A stretch of DNA of 64,000 nt from an uncultured Candidatus Saccharibacteria bacterium (GCA_964599225.1 CAZRDO010000001.1:15153-79152), one strand, 5' to 3'; shown: positions 28,794 to 38,543, counted from the first letter of the stretch. Made by a program: numbers and translations. The notes: a model not told the origin generated them from the sequence alone.

Positions 28794-30557
28794 ATGCAAT
28801 CTGAAGAAATCCGAAAGCGATTCCTCACATTTTTCGAGAAACGTGGCCATGCAATCTTGCCTTCGGCCTCACTTGTACCTGAGAATGATCCATCAGTACT
28901 TTTTAATACTGCTGGGATGCAGCCACTCGTACCATATCTGCTTGGTCAGAAGCATCCGTCAGGAAATCGACTGGTGAATATCCAAAAATGTGTTCGCACA
29001 GGTGACCTTGATGATATCGGCGACAATCGCCACTTCTCATTCTTTGAAATGATGGGCAATTGGTCGTTAGGTGCATATTTTAAAGAAGAGGCTATTGAGT
29101 ATAGTTTTAAATTTTTAACTATTGGAGATAATGAAGATGAAGGCAACAAGGGTCTTGGACTTAATCTATCCCAACTTTATGTTACGGTATTTGAAGGTGA
29201 CGAGAATGCTCCGTTTGATGAAGAGTCAAAGAAGGTTTGGATGAAGTTCGGAATTCCTGAAAATCGCATTTATGCGTTACCTGCTGATGACAACTGGTGG
29301 AGCCCAGGAGACAACGGCCCATGTGGTCCATGTACCGAAATGTTTTACGATGTGACTGGTAGGATTGGAGATCTGTCGCATGAGCAATTTATTGAAGCGG
29401 TCAAAAAAGAAGATGTAATCGAAATATGGAATGACGTTTTCATGGAATATGAAAAAAAAGATGGAAAGGTTATCGGTAAACTTTCACAACGCAATGTTGA
29501 TACCGGTGCTGGTCTTGAGCGAATCACAGCTGTCATGCAGGGCAAGAAGACTGCATATGATACAGATTTGTTCGGGGGGATAATCACAAATCTTAGAAGT
29601 GCTGCAATAAATAAAGATGAGAGAGCAATTAGAGTAGTAGCAGATCACATAAGAACAGCTATTTTCATTATTAATGATGGAGTTCTGCCCTCCAACAACG
29701 GTAAAGGCTACGTATTACGAAGATTAATTCGTCGTGCAGTTAGATTTGTGGATTATCTTGGTCTTAAATATGGAACCATTGATTTCTTGGTTGATGATTT
29801 TATTCAAAAATATAAAGATGCATATCCTGACTTAGTAGTTAATCTCGAACACATCAAAAGAGAACTAGATAAAGAAGAAATCAAATTTCATCAAACACTG
29901 GAAACTGGCCTAAAAGAATTCGAGAAAGGCACTGATCCATTTGTCCTGTTTACCACCTATGGTTTCCCAATTGAACTGACGCTCGAGCTTGCCACAGAAA
30001 AGGGACAGATAATTGATCTCGATGATTTCAATATAAAAATGGTAGAGCATCAAAAGCTTTCCCAAACTGCTTCAGCTGGTATGTTCAAAGGTGGACTCGC
30101 CAATCATAATGAGCAAACAATTAAGCTCCACACTGCCCACCATTTATTACTTGCTGCACTACAACAAGTCTTGGGCAAAGAAGTTAAGCAGCGGGGAAGT
30201 AATATTACCGAAGAGCGATTGCGAATAGATTTTGTATTTGATCGGAAGATGACTGATGAAGAGAAGATCAAAGTTGAAAATAGTGTAAATGAGTGGATTA
30301 CACAAGACCTTGAAGTAGTACGTAAGGAAATGCCACGCGAGGAAGCTAAAAAGATCGGAGCAGAAATGGAATTTGGTGCCAAGTATCCTGATATGGTTTC
30401 TGTATATATGATTGTCGATAAAGATGGTAATCCGATATCCAAAGAATTTTGTGGTGGCCCACATGTCTCACGTACGAGTGAACTTGGAATTTTTAAAATC
30501 CAGAAAGAAGAAGCTTCATCACAAGGTGTACGAAGAATCAAAGCAATTCTTTCTTAG
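28794..30557 (+). CDS. alaS: alanine--tRNA ligase, short form lacking the C-Ala domain
   Basis: Class II catalytic core (FFEKRGHAILPSASLVP…), tRNA-recognition region and editing domain (HTAHHLL…CGGPHV), ending right after the editing domain at 587 aa. Confidence 0.9.
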   Translation: MQSEEIRKRFLTFFEKRGHAILPSASLVPENDPSVLFNTAGMQPLVPYLLGQKHPSGNRLVNIQKCVRTGDLDDIGDNRHFSFFEMMGNWSLGAYFKEEAIEYSFKFLTIGDNEDEGNKGLGLNLSQLYVTVFEGDENAPFDEESKKVWMKFGIPENRIYALPADDNWWSPGDNGPCGPCTEMFYDVTGRIGDLSHEQFIEAVKKEDVIEIWNDVFMEYEKKDGKVIGKLSQRNVDTGAGLERITAVMQGKKTAYDTDLFGGIITNLRSAAINKDERAIRVVADHIRTAIFIINDGVLPSNNGKGYVLRRLIRRAVRFVDYLGLKYGTIDFLVDDFIQKYKDAYPDLVVNLEHIKRELDKEEIKFHQTLETGLKEFEKGTDPFVLFTTYGFPIELTLELATEKGQIIDLDDFNIKMVEHQKLSQTASAGMFKGGLANHNEQTIKLHTAHHLLLAALQQVLGKEVKQRGSNITEERLRIDFVFDRKMTDEEKIKVENSVNEWITQDLEVVRKEMPREEAKKIGAEMEFGAKYPDMVSVYMIVDKDGNPISKEFCGGPHVSRTSELGIFKIQKEEASSQGVRRIKAILS

Positions 30558-30585
30558 AATCATTTGCTTGGTATATAATAAGACC

Positions 30586-31767
30586 ATGTTTTTTGGAAGT
30601 AAAAAGAAAAATGGAAATTCAGATCTTAGACTTTCTATTGACTTAGGCTCTGGTTCAGTTGGAGCCGCGCTAAGTCACACCATAGTAAAAGATGGTAAGA
30701 CGAAAACTGAAATCCTTGCTAGCGTACGCAAGCCTGTTTTTTTCAAAGATGATTTAAATTTCCAGATTTTTCTCACGGGCATGATGAGCGCGCTCAAGCA
30801 GGCACTCACTGAAATCCATGACGTACATATTGGTACTCCATCGAGTATCTCAGTATTTCTTCGTGCTCCGTGGTATAGCGCACAAGTAAGGCGCGTTGTC
30901 TCTTCACGGGACATAGAGTTTTCTGTGACCCATAAACTATTAAATGAAATGCTTCGTCGCGAATCGGACATCTTTGAATCAGCTGCGAATGCGAAATATC
31001 AGGAACTGCATAATGCGCTCGAAACGATTGAAGAAAAGACGCTCAATGTCGAGCTCAATGGCTACCCTGTGAATCACCCAATTGGGGCACGTGCTAAATC
31101 ACTTGCCCTCACTTTTTATATTAGCGCTAGTCCCAAAATCGTTCTTGATACGATAACTGATACTGTGCGTGGAATTTTCCCACACAAAAAAATTGTATTC
31201 CATTCGTATCTACTCTCACTCTATGTACTCATTAGGGATTTCGTAGGTGCCCAGGAAGATTTCATATTCTTAGATATAGGTGCAGAAATCTCAGAAATTT
31301 CAATAATTAAAAGTGGAGTTCTGACCCAATCAGCGACATTTCCAATCGGTATACACAATATCGTACGAGCACTTATGGATGGGTATACGATTGGTTTTGA
31401 GTCGGCCTATTCGAAAATTAGAATGTATTCAGAAAAAGCACTTAGTCTTGATGAGCAAAACAAAATTTCTGGTATACTAAAGAGCGTAAATGAAAATTGG
31501 GTAAAGGAATTTAGTAACGGGCTGACGAGTCTCATGAAAAATGGAACAGTGCCAAGCATACTCTATCTTAGTGCAGACGAAGCAATACTTACTTGGAGTA
31601 AGGAGGTGATTGAAAATGAGGCATTCCATCGCTATACTGCTACTGACCGAGCTTTTGAGGTTATTCCGATCGCGACGAAACTATTTGCAGACCATATTCG
31701 ACTCAGTACTAATGTTGCCCGTGATCCATTTCTTGCCGCTGAAGTACTCTATCAAGCTACTAACTAA
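30586..31767 (+). CDS. actin-like ATPase of the FtsA/PilM superfamily
   Basis: N-terminal phosphate-1 motif LSIDLGSGSVGAALS and actin-fold length (~394 aa). The upstream part of the ORF (30412..) overlaps alaS, so the start was set at MFFGS. Confidence 0.5.
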   Translation: MFFGSKKKNGNSDLRLSIDLGSGSVGAALSHTIVKDGKTKTEILASVRKPVFFKDDLNFQIFLTGMMSALKQALTEIHDVHIGTPSSISVFLRAPWYSAQVRRVVSSRDIEFSVTHKLLNEMLRRESDIFESAANAKYQELHNALETIEEKTLNVELNGYPVNHPIGARAKSLALTFYISASPKIVLDTITDTVRGIFPHKKIVFHSYLLSLYVLIRDFVGAQEDFIFLDIGAEISEISIIKSGVLTQSATFPIGIHNIVRALMDGYTIGFESAYSKIRMYSEKALSLDEQNKISGILKSVNENWVKEFSNGLTSLMKNGTVPSILYLSADEAILTWSKEVIENEAFHRYTATDRAFEVIPIATKLFADHIRLSTNVARDPFLAAEVLYQATN

Positions 31768-31775
31768 TTATTTAT

Positions 31776-33224
31776 ATGCCAAAAAATATTGAAGATATTA
31801 AACCACCGAAAAAAGAGCCATCAGCTTTCTTTCTAGAACTATCAAAAGCCAAAGCAGAGGCTGTAGGTAAGAAAACAACAAAAGCAACTGCTCGAGTTGA
31901 GGTAGAAAACGAAACTTCATTTGAGAGAAGTGAACCTAGACCAATGGCTGTTACTGCTCCGCAAGAAATTGATACAAGGGAATCACGCGTTTACTCACGT
32001 GAACCCGAGCCAGTTGTTACACGTTCATATAGAACACCAACGTCACGCCGATTTTTGTTCAGGAAACGTGTATGGGTCAGTGCAATAATCTCAGTGTGCG
32101 CTCTAGTCGCTGTACTCTCGATTGTTTTTTCGGGGACAAAGATTACGGTGACTCCAAAAGTTGCTGATTTCACTGTCAGTTCTTCGTACACGGCTTCAAA
32201 AGATAGTGTCACTAACTTATCATTTCAAGTTATGTCTCTAAAAGATACTAATACTGTTTCAGTGGCCAAAAGTGGCACTGCTACGGCTCCAACTAAATCG
32301 ACTGGCACAGTGGTACTTTATAATGCCTATAGTACAAGTCCACAAAACCTTTTAATAAATACTCGTCTCACACGGCCCGATGGCAAGATTTACTTTACTG
32401 ACAAGGCGCTTACTATTCCTGGATTCACAACAAAGGATACTGTTGTGACACCTGGATCTATTGAAGTAACGGTTACTGCTGAAAATTCAGGTGAAGCCTA
32501 TGATAGTGAAGCAACTGATTTCAAGATTCTCGGTTTCAAAGGTTCAGCAAAATACGACAAAATCTATGGTAGATCTAAAACTGCACTTACAGGTGGCACA
32601 AACGAGCTGCAAAATACTATTACGCTAGCAGAAGCAACTACCGCTTTTGAGCAAGCAAAAGGCGGGTTAAGAGACAAGCTTCTGGAAAAAGCGCGAGCAC
32701 AAATTCCTGCTGACTTCATACTCTACGATGATGGTGTCTTTATTACCACCGATACTTTGGCACCAAAGGTTTCCTCAAAAGAAGAGCAGATTCCGGTGGT
32801 TGCTAGTGGTACTCTCACGGCTATCTTCTTCTCAAAAGCTACCCTTACCAAAACAATCATGGAAGAACATTTGAAGGCTCCAGTTAATGCAACAGACATT
32901 CTTATAACAAATCTTGAATCACTTGAGTTTAAGATCCAGAACAAGCAATTAATTGATCCACTTACCGCTAAGAATATTACATTTAGTGCTTCAGGAGCTC
33001 CTCATGCACTCTGGCAGATTGATGAGACCAAAGTTAAAGAAGCACTCAGTGGCAAGCCCAAAAGTGAAGTGGGCACAATTTTGGAATCGTTCCCTGGTAT
33101 ACTTCATGCAAGAGTGACCATGCGACCGTTCTGGGCGACTAAATTACCTACTGATCCAAATGAAATTACATTAATTATTGAAAGTGACGGTATAGTACCC
33201 GATAAATCTGTTGACTCAGAGTAA
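31776..33224 (+). CDS. bitopic membrane protein with a large extracytoplasmic beta-rich domain (FtsQ/DivIB- or PilN/O-like by topology only)
   Basis: ~95 aa charged cytoplasmic N-terminus, one TM helix (VWVSAIISVCALVAVLSIVF), then a ~370 aa Thr/Ser-rich outside domain. Follows the actin-like gene with a 9-nt gap. Confidence 0.45.
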   Translation: MPKNIEDIKPPKKEPSAFFLELSKAKAEAVGKKTTKATARVEVENETSFERSEPRPMAVTAPQEIDTRESRVYSREPEPVVTRSYRTPTSRRFLFRKRVWVSAIISVCALVAVLSIVFSGTKITVTPKVADFTVSSSYTASKDSVTNLSFQVMSLKDTNTVSVAKSGTATAPTKSTGTVVLYNAYSTSPQNLLINTRLTRPDGKIYFTDKALTIPGFTTKDTVVTPGSIEVTVTAENSGEAYDSEATDFKILGFKGSAKYDKIYGRSKTALTGGTNELQNTITLAEATTAFEQAKGGLRDKLLEKARAQIPADFILYDDGVFITTDTLAPKVSSKEEQIPVVASGTLTAIFFSKATLTKTIMEEHLKAPVNATDILITNLESLEFKIQNKQLIDPLTAKNITFSASGAPHALWQIDETKVKEALSGKPKSEVGTILESFPGILHARVTMRPFWATKLPTDPNEITLIIESDGIVPDKSVDSE

Positions 33225-33253
33225 GATACCTGTTATATTTACTACGTCAATTC

Positions 33254-33475
33254 ATGCAAAACAATAATGAGAAAGAAGAAACAATCGTCGATGGACGAGT
33301 AGTGGAAGCACTTCCTAATACAATGTTTAGGGTAGAGCTTGCAGACGGTACTATCATTCTTACCTATTTAGCGGGACGCATGAGATTGCATAGAATCAAA
33401 GTATTAATAGGCGATAAGGTCCAAATTCTGCTTGATCCATATGGGGGCAAAGGTAGGGTTGTCAAACGTTTATAA
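33254..33475 (+). CDS. infA: translation initiation factor IF-1
   Basis: S1-like fold, GRVVEALPNTMFRVELADGTIILTYLAGRMR, 73 aa. Confidence 0.9.
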   Translation: MQNNNEKEETIVDGRVVEALPNTMFRVELADGTIILTYLAGRMRLHRIKVLIGDKVQILLDPYGGKGRVVKRL

Positions 33476-33558
33476 ATACGTTATACTCTCTAGAAGTTTA
33501 GAGAGTACTAAGAAAGAGGTCATTCCTCTTCTTTGCGTGCGCTCTAAATACGACACTA

Positions 33559-33669
33559 ATGAAAATACGCTCAAGGATCAAAAAAATATGTGACAATTGC
33601 AAAATTGTGAAGCGCAAGCGTCATTTTCATGTCATTTGCTCAAATCCAAAACATAAACAAAAACAATAA
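33559..33669 (+). CDS. rpmJ: 50S ribosomal protein L36 (zinc-ribbon type)
   Basis: Hand-translated [39 protein letters not shown] (36 aa, C-x2-C…C-x4-H). Below the ORF-track size cutoff. In the conserved infA-rpmJ-rpsM position. Confidence 0.85.
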   Translation: MKIRSRIKKICDNCKIVKRKRHFHVICSNPKHKQKQ

Positions 33670-33674
33670 TTTTC

Positions 33675-34055
33675 ATGAGACTTTTAGGTATCACAATTCC
33701 AGAAGGCAAGCGACTTGAGTACGGACTCACGGAGCTCTATGGTATTGGGCTCTCAACTTCAAGAAAGATTTTGGCAGATGCAAAGGTTGACTTTGCTTCA
33801 TTACCAAAAGATGTCTCAACTGAAGCGGAGAACAAGATCCGCAAAACAATTGAGACTATGAAGCTCGAAGGTACACTTAAACGTGAAGTCTCAGCTCATA
33901 TTAAACGTCTCAAGGATATCAAGAGCTACCGAGGCGTGCGTCATATGAAGAGACTTCCAGTCAGAGGCCAACGTACCAAAACAAACTCACGCACTATCCG
34001 AGGTAATGTCCGCAAAACAATGGCGAGCGGACGTCGTAAGCTTGAGAAAACATAA
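33675..34055 (+). CDS. rpsM: 30S ribosomal protein S13
   Basis: …YGIGLSTSRKIL…YRGVRHMKRLPVRGQRTKTNSRT. Confidence 0.92.
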   Translation: MRLLGITIPEGKRLEYGLTELYGIGLSTSRKILADAKVDFASLPKDVSTEAENKIRKTIETMKLEGTLKREVSAHIKRLKDIKSYRGVRHMKRLPVRGQRTKTNSRTIRGNVRKTMASGRRKLEKT

Positions 34056-34081
34056 CATATAGATTTGTAATAATTATTCCA

Positions 34082-34519
34082 ATGGGTAAGAAAAAAATTA
34101 TAACTAAAGAAGAAGCAGGTGCTACTAGCGATGCAAAGAAAGATCCAGTAGTGTCTAAAAGCTCGAAGAAAAAAGTTACTTCGGGTACTTTGCATGTGGA
34201 AGCAACATTTAATAACACAAAGGTAGTACTTTCAGACCAAAAAGGTAATACCCTCGCTTGGTCCTCAGCTGGCTCACTGGGCTTTCGTGGAGCAAAGAAG
34301 GGTACTCCATTTGCAGCGTCAAAAGTTGCAGAAATCCTTGCAGAAAAAGCAGCCAATTTTGGAATTAAAGATGTCAATGTTGTCGTCAGAGGCGTTGGTT
34401 CAGGTCGCGAATCAACTATCCGCTCATTTATGGGACATGGGTTTGATGTCACAGGAATCGAAGATATTACCCCTGTGCCCCACAATGGTGTTAAGGCCAA
34501 AAAGCCACGTCGCGTCTAA
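34082..34519 (+). CDS. rpsK: 30S ribosomal protein S11
   Basis: …LAWSSAGSLGFRGAKKGTPFAA…VRGVGSGRESTIRSF. Confidence 0.92.
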   Translation: MGKKKIITKEEAGATSDAKKDPVVSKSSKKKVTSGTLHVEATFNNTKVVLSDQKGNTLAWSSAGSLGFRGAKKGTPFAASKVAEILAEKAANFGIKDVNVVVRGVGSGRESTIRSFMGHGFDVTGIEDITPVPHNGVKAKKPRRV

Positions 34520-34542
34520 TTTCAATTTTTTACATACATACT

Positions 34543-35145
34543 ATGAAACGATCACCACAATATAAAATCTGTAGACGTCTTGGACCGGGAGTGTTTGATA
34601 AATGTCAGACAACTAAGTTTGCCACGTCGACGACGGGTAAAAATAAAAAGTCCGGCTCACGACCTAAAGCTCTCTCTGACTACGCAGTACAGTTTCTTGA
34701 GAAACAGCGTGTCCGACTCACGTATGGTGTCACTGAGAGACAATTTTCAAATTATGTGAAGAAGGCTCAAACTGATGGAGGAAGTGCCGCAGAATCTCTC
34801 TACAAAGCACTTGAAACTCGCCTAGACAATGTCGTGTACAGACTTGGACTTGCTGCTTCACGTGCCCAAGCTCGCCAAATGGTTTCTCATGGACATTTCA
34901 CCGTTAATGGCACAAAAGTACGAGTTCCTTCCTATACCGTTAAGACTAATGATGTCATAGCAGTTCGACAGGGAAGTACAGGGAGTGCGCTATTTTCAGA
35001 ACTTGATAAGAAATTAAAGAACACTACAACTTCAGATTGGCTCGCGTTTGATATTGCAAAACTGGCTGCCACGCTCAAAGGCTATCCGAAGAATCCAGAA
35101 AGTAGTGCTGGTTTTAGTACTGTGCTTGAATTTTATAGTCGATAA
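34543..35145 (+). CDS. rpsD: 30S ribosomal protein S4
   Basis: N-terminal KICRRLG… and an S4 RNA-binding domain (RLDNVVYRLGLAASRAQARQMVSHGHFTVNG). Confidence 0.92.
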   Translation: MKRSPQYKICRRLGPGVFDKCQTTKFATSTTGKNKKSGSRPKALSDYAVQFLEKQRVRLTYGVTERQFSNYVKKAQTDGGSAAESLYKALETRLDNVVYRLGLAASRAQARQMVSHGHFTVNGTKVRVPSYTVKTNDVIAVRQGSTGSALFSELDKKLKNTTTSDWLAFDIAKLAATLKGYPKNPESSAGFSTVLEFYSR

Positions 35146-35180
35146 TTTTAATAATTAAGTGAACAGATAGTGTTATATCT

Positions 35181-36167
35181 ATGAGCGATCAAAACATCAT
35201 TCTCCCATCAAAGCCACGCGTTATCTCAGAAGAGGACATGCGAGGCGTGTACGAAATCGATAGTCTCTATCCAGGATACGGATATACGATCGGTAATTCG
35301 TTGCGAAGAATTATTCTCTCATCTCTTCCGGGAGCGGCAATTACTATTGTTAAAATAGACAATGTTGCGCATGAATTTAGTACGATCGAAGGCGTGAAGG
35401 AGGACGTCGTATTACTTCTCCTTAACCTCAAAAAAGTTCGCTTTAAGCTCAACACAGAAGAACCACAGGAAGTCATGCTTACTGTGAAGGGAGCAAAGAC
35501 CGTGACTGCGGCTGATATTAAGACCACAGGCCAAGTTGAAGTACTCAATCCAGACCAATATATCTGTGAACTTACATCAAAGAGCGCTGAAATTTCAATC
35601 TCACTCCGTATTGAAAAAGGCCTTGGATTTGTACCAAAAGATCAACATCAGAAAGCTAAAGTTGAGATTGGTACTATTGCGCTCGATGCAATTTTCTCAC
35701 CAATTCGTCGCGTAAATTACGAAGTTGAAGATATGCGTGTCGGCGATAAAACTAACTTTAATCGACTCAGAATCCTCATTGAAACTGACGGTACACTTTC
35801 TCCACGATTCGCACTTGAAAGTGCAATTAAGATTATGGTAGAACAACTCCAGGCCATGCTTGATTTTCGTGTTGAGACCCCAGGATTCGGCGGACAAATT
35901 GATGCGAGTGATGCGCTTGATGAAGAATCAGCAAGTACAGATTCACCTGAACGCAAAGAAGAGCTCGCAGAGATTATGAAAACTCGACTCGATACACTTG
36001 AGCTCTCAACCCGAGTTATGAATGCACTCACGAATGCAAATATTAGAACACTCGGTGGCCTTGTTCGAAAGCGCAAGGAAGACTTGCTTGATATCGAAGG
36101 CATGGGTGAGAAAGGAGTTCAGGAACTCAAGCGTCTCTTATCAAATTACGGAATTACGTTAAAATAA
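35181..36167 (+). CDS. rpoA: DNA-directed RNA polymerase subunit alpha
   Basis: NTD motif GYGYTIGNSLRRILLSS and CTD with helix-hairpin-helix (LELSTRVMNALTNANIRTLGGL). Confidence 0.92.
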   Translation: MSDQNIILPSKPRVISEEDMRGVYEIDSLYPGYGYTIGNSLRRIILSSLPGAAITIVKIDNVAHEFSTIEGVKEDVVLLLLNLKKVRFKLNTEEPQEVMLTVKGAKTVTAADIKTTGQVEVLNPDQYICELTSKSAEISISLRIEKGLGFVPKDQHQKAKVEIGTIALDAIFSPIRRVNYEVEDMRVGDKTNFNRLRILIETDGTLSPRFALESAIKIMVEQLQAMLDFRVETPGFGGQIDASDALDEESASTDSPERKEELAEIMKTRLDTLELSTRVMNALTNANIRTLGGLVRKRKEDLLDIEGMGEKGVQELKRLLSNYGITLK

Positions 36168-36203
36168 CTCGTAATTTGAAATTCATAATTCGTAACTAAT
36201 TAT

Positions 36204-36557
36204 ATGCGTCACAGTAATGTAAACAGAAAATTCGGCCGACCAGCAAATCAGCGACGTGCACTTCTTCGTGCGCTAGCCCTTTCACTTTTTGAACGTGGCA
36301 AAATTACTACAACACTTGCTAAAGCTAAAGAGCTTCGTCCATATGCAGAGAAGCTTTTGACACTTGGCAAACGAGGTACACCTGCAGCGCGCAAACTACT
36401 TGCATCACGCCTTTATAATAATCGCGAGATCGTGAAGAAACTCTGTGATGATATTGCACCAAAGTATGCCGATCGTGCTGGTGGATACACACGAGTTACG
36501 AAGCTTACTCGACGCCTTTCTGACGGATCAGCGATGGCTGTTATTGAATTTGTATAG
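36204..36557 (+). CDS. rplQ: 50S ribosomal protein L17
   Basis: MRHSNVNRKFGRPANQRRALLRALA… typical L17. Confidence 0.9.
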   Translation: MRHSNVNRKFGRPANQRRALLRALALSLFERGKITTTLAKAKELRPYAEKLLTLGKRGTPAARKLLASRLYNNREIVKKLCDDIAPKYADRAGGYTRVTKLTRRLSDGSAMAVIEFV

Positions 36558-36574
36558 ACACTAATTACACTACT

Positions 36575-36925
36575 ATGACTACTACTTACACAATTGATGC
36601 AACAGGAAAAGCGCTTGGCCGTGTCGCGAGCGAGGCTGCTAAAATGCTTATGGGCAAAACACTACCTTCGTACCGAACTAACACTGTCCCAACAACTACA
36701 GTGACGGTAACTAACGTTAAGCTTCTTAAGCTGACGGAGAAGAAGCTGCAAGACACTTCACATGCAAGGTATTCAGGTTATCCAGGAGGACTCAAATATA
36801 CTACCTATGCTAAGACTATTGAGAAAGCTGGACACCAAGCGCTCCTCCTCAAAGCTATTAGTGGCATGATCCCGAAGAATAAACTTCATAAAGAAATTCT
36901 TAGTCATCTTAAAATTAGCGAATAA
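36575..36925 (+). CDS. rplM: 50S ribosomal protein L13
   Basis: …[21 protein letters not shown]…GMIPKNKL. Confidence 0.88.
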   Translation: MTTTYTIDATGKALGRVASEAAKMLMGKTLPSYRTNTVPTTTVTVTNVKLLKLTEKKLQDTSHARYSGYPGGLKYTTYAKTIEKAGHQALLLKAISGMIPKNKLHKEILSHLKISE

Positions 36926-36927
36926 GT

Positions 36928-37329
36928 ATGTCAGCAACTACAAAATACATCGAAACAATCGGACGACGCAAAACTGCCACAGCTCGTGTACGTCTTGAGA
37001 AAGCCAAAGATTTTAAAATTACAATAAACGGTAAGTCACTCAACGAATATTTCAAAACTGAAACAGAGCGAAACTCAATCAAGGAACCTTTTGACAAAGC
37101 TGGTATTGATTCTCACTATACTATTTCTGTTGTAGTGCAAGGTGGGGGACTCATGTCACAGTCGGGAGCGGTTCGCCATGGTATCTCACGCGCGCTTATC
37201 ACGCTTGATGAAGAACTCCGTGGAGCACTCAAGAAATCAGGACTTCTCAAACGTGACCCTCGTGTGAAAGAGCGCCGCAAGTTCGGTCTCAAAAAAGCTC
37301 GCAAGGCTCCACAGTGGTCAAAACGTTAA
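36928..37329 (+). CDS. rpsI: 30S ribosomal protein S9
   Basis: [12 protein letters not shown]…[19 protein letters not shown]…[12 protein letters not shown]. Confidence 0.92.
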   Translation: MSATTKYIETIGRRKTATARVRLEKAKDFKITINGKSLNEYFKTETERNSIKEPFDKAGIDSHYTISVVVQGGGLMSQSGAVRHGISRALITLDEELRGALKKSGLLKRDPRVKERRKFGLKKARKAPQWSKR

Positions 37330-37345
37330 CACGCCACACAAAATC

Positions 37346-37367
37346 CCGCTCCAAGCGGTTTTTTGTT
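37346..37367 (+). terminator. intrinsic terminator after rpsI
   Basis: CCGCT-cca-AGCGG short hairpin followed by TTTTTTGTTG. Confidence 0.5.
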
Positions 37368-37384
37368 GTATTGAAGAGAGATAT

Positions 37385-37981
37385 TTGTATAATAGACATA
37401 CAATGAAAGATGAAGATACAAAAAATGAATTAAATCCTGAGGAAGATGACGATGTGGTTGAATTAGTCTTTAATGACGACGGGGAGGAAGATCTCAAAGC
37501 GACACTGAAGAAATTCAGAGCTGATCTAAAGGCTTGTCGTAAAGAGAAGGAAGAATATCTGGCTCAACTTCAGCGTGAACGGGCAGATTTCATAAACTAT
37601 AAAAAGGAAGAGGACTCACGATTTAAGCGAAGCATTGAATACAATCAAGAGCGCTTTATCAGTGATCTTCTTCCTGTGCTTGATTCATATGATATGGCTT
37701 TCTCGAACAAAGAAGCCTGGGAGAAAGTAGATAAGAATTGGCGCATGGGCGTGGAGTATATTCACCAGCAAATTTTGAAAGTACTCGCTGAGTATGGCGT
37801 CACACCAATTGAAGTAAAAATAGGGGACGCTTTTGACCATAATATTCACGAACCGATTGAAAATACTGAAACTGCTGATGTCTCACAGAGTAATACAATA
37901 TCAGAAATTACACAGTCAGGTTATAAAGTAGGAGAACGGGTACTTCGTCCTGCCAGAGTAAAAGTTTACAAGAGTACTTAG
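37385..37981 (+). CDS. grpE: nucleotide exchange factor GrpE
   Basis: Coiled-coil N-terminus and the GrpE core (…ERADFINYKKEEDSRFKRSIEYNQERFISDLLPVLDSYDMA…). Confidence 0.88.
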   Translation: MYNRHTMKDEDTKNELNPEEDDDVVELVFNDDGEEDLKATLKKFRADLKACRKEKEEYLAQLQRERADFINYKKEEDSRFKRSIEYNQERFISDLLPVLDSYDMAFSNKEAWEKVDKNWRMGVEYIHQQILKVLAEYGVTPIEVKIGDAFDHNIHEPIENTETADVSQSNTISEITQSGYKVGERVLRPARVKVYKST

Positions 37982-38505
37982 CTGAAGAAGGTCTTTGAGA
38001 GCCCAGTTAGGGTCTCAGAATCAACAGTGCTTGATAGGATAATTATCATTTCCGATGATAACCCCAGATCTCTTTTTATGTTTTCAAACAAATGTTCATA
38101 AGGGTATGGAGAAATCCAGACAGAATTTTTAAGCATCACAAAACCAGCCTTTTTAAGTAAATAGCGAAGGCTTTCACGTTCATCTTTTCGACTCTCAGGT
38201 AGATCTAAGAGTATAATCCGCCATTTACCATCCCATTCATTCAAAAGTGAATTCTTAGTCGTAAGTTTAAGGCTATTGGCTTTAACTCGGCCAGTTTTAG
38301 AAAGTCTGGCATATTCATTTTGACCTGATGATATCGACTCAATTAAGCCGGAGTCAGTAAGATTTGAAAGTGAGCGATTTATAGCATAAACCTGCTTCTG
38401 CGTTGGCTTTTGTACTACTTTTTTGACCAAGGTAGGCAAAGAAACAGCCCTGCTTTCGGAGAGGATTTTTATGATTTCCTTTGAAATTTCAGGCTTTTTC
38501 TTCAT
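37978..38505 (-). CDS. winged-helix transcriptional regulator with PaaX-C/Cas2-like C-terminal domain
   Basis: N-terminal wHTH (…VSLPTLVKKVVQKPTQKQVYAINRSLSNLTDSGLI). C-terminal WDGKWRIILLDLPE…LRYLLKKAGFVMLKNSVWISP pattern. Convergent with grpE (4-nt overlap) and divergent from the dnaK unit. Confidence 0.45.
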   Translation of the reverse strand: MKKKPEISKEIIKILSESRAVSLPTLVKKVVQKPTQKQVYAINRSLSNLTDSGLIESISSGQNEYARLSKTGRVKANSLKLTTKNSLLNEWDGKWRIILLDLPESRKDERESLRYLLKKAGFVMLKNSVWISPYPYEHLFENIKRDLGLSSEMIIILSSTVDSETLTGLSKTFFS

Positions 38506-38509
38506 ATAT

Positions 38510-38537
38510 TTGACAGTTTATCACACATGACTATAAT
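38510..38537 (+). promoter_or_regulatory. consensus sigma-70 promoter (TTGACA-16-TATAAT) for the DUF3467-dnaK unit
   Basis: TTGACA at 38510-38515 and TATAAT at 38532-38537, with a 16-nt spacer. Confidence 0.6.
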
Positions 38538-38543
38538 ATCAAC

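Noticed and set aside
30412-30585. 5' extension of the actin-like ORF into alaS
   Set aside because: It overlaps the alaS 3' end in another frame. The start at 30586 (MFFGSKKK) follows the alaS stop and precedes the actin-fold N-terminal motif.
33476-33558. Hairpins CTCTCTA-gaagtt-TAGAGAG and GAAAGAGG-tcatt-CCTCTTCTT between infA and rpmJ as a terminator or riboswitch
   Set aside because: No T-run follows either stem, and the genes on both sides belong to one conserved operon. It may be an mRNA processing or attenuation structure, but the support is too weak to call.
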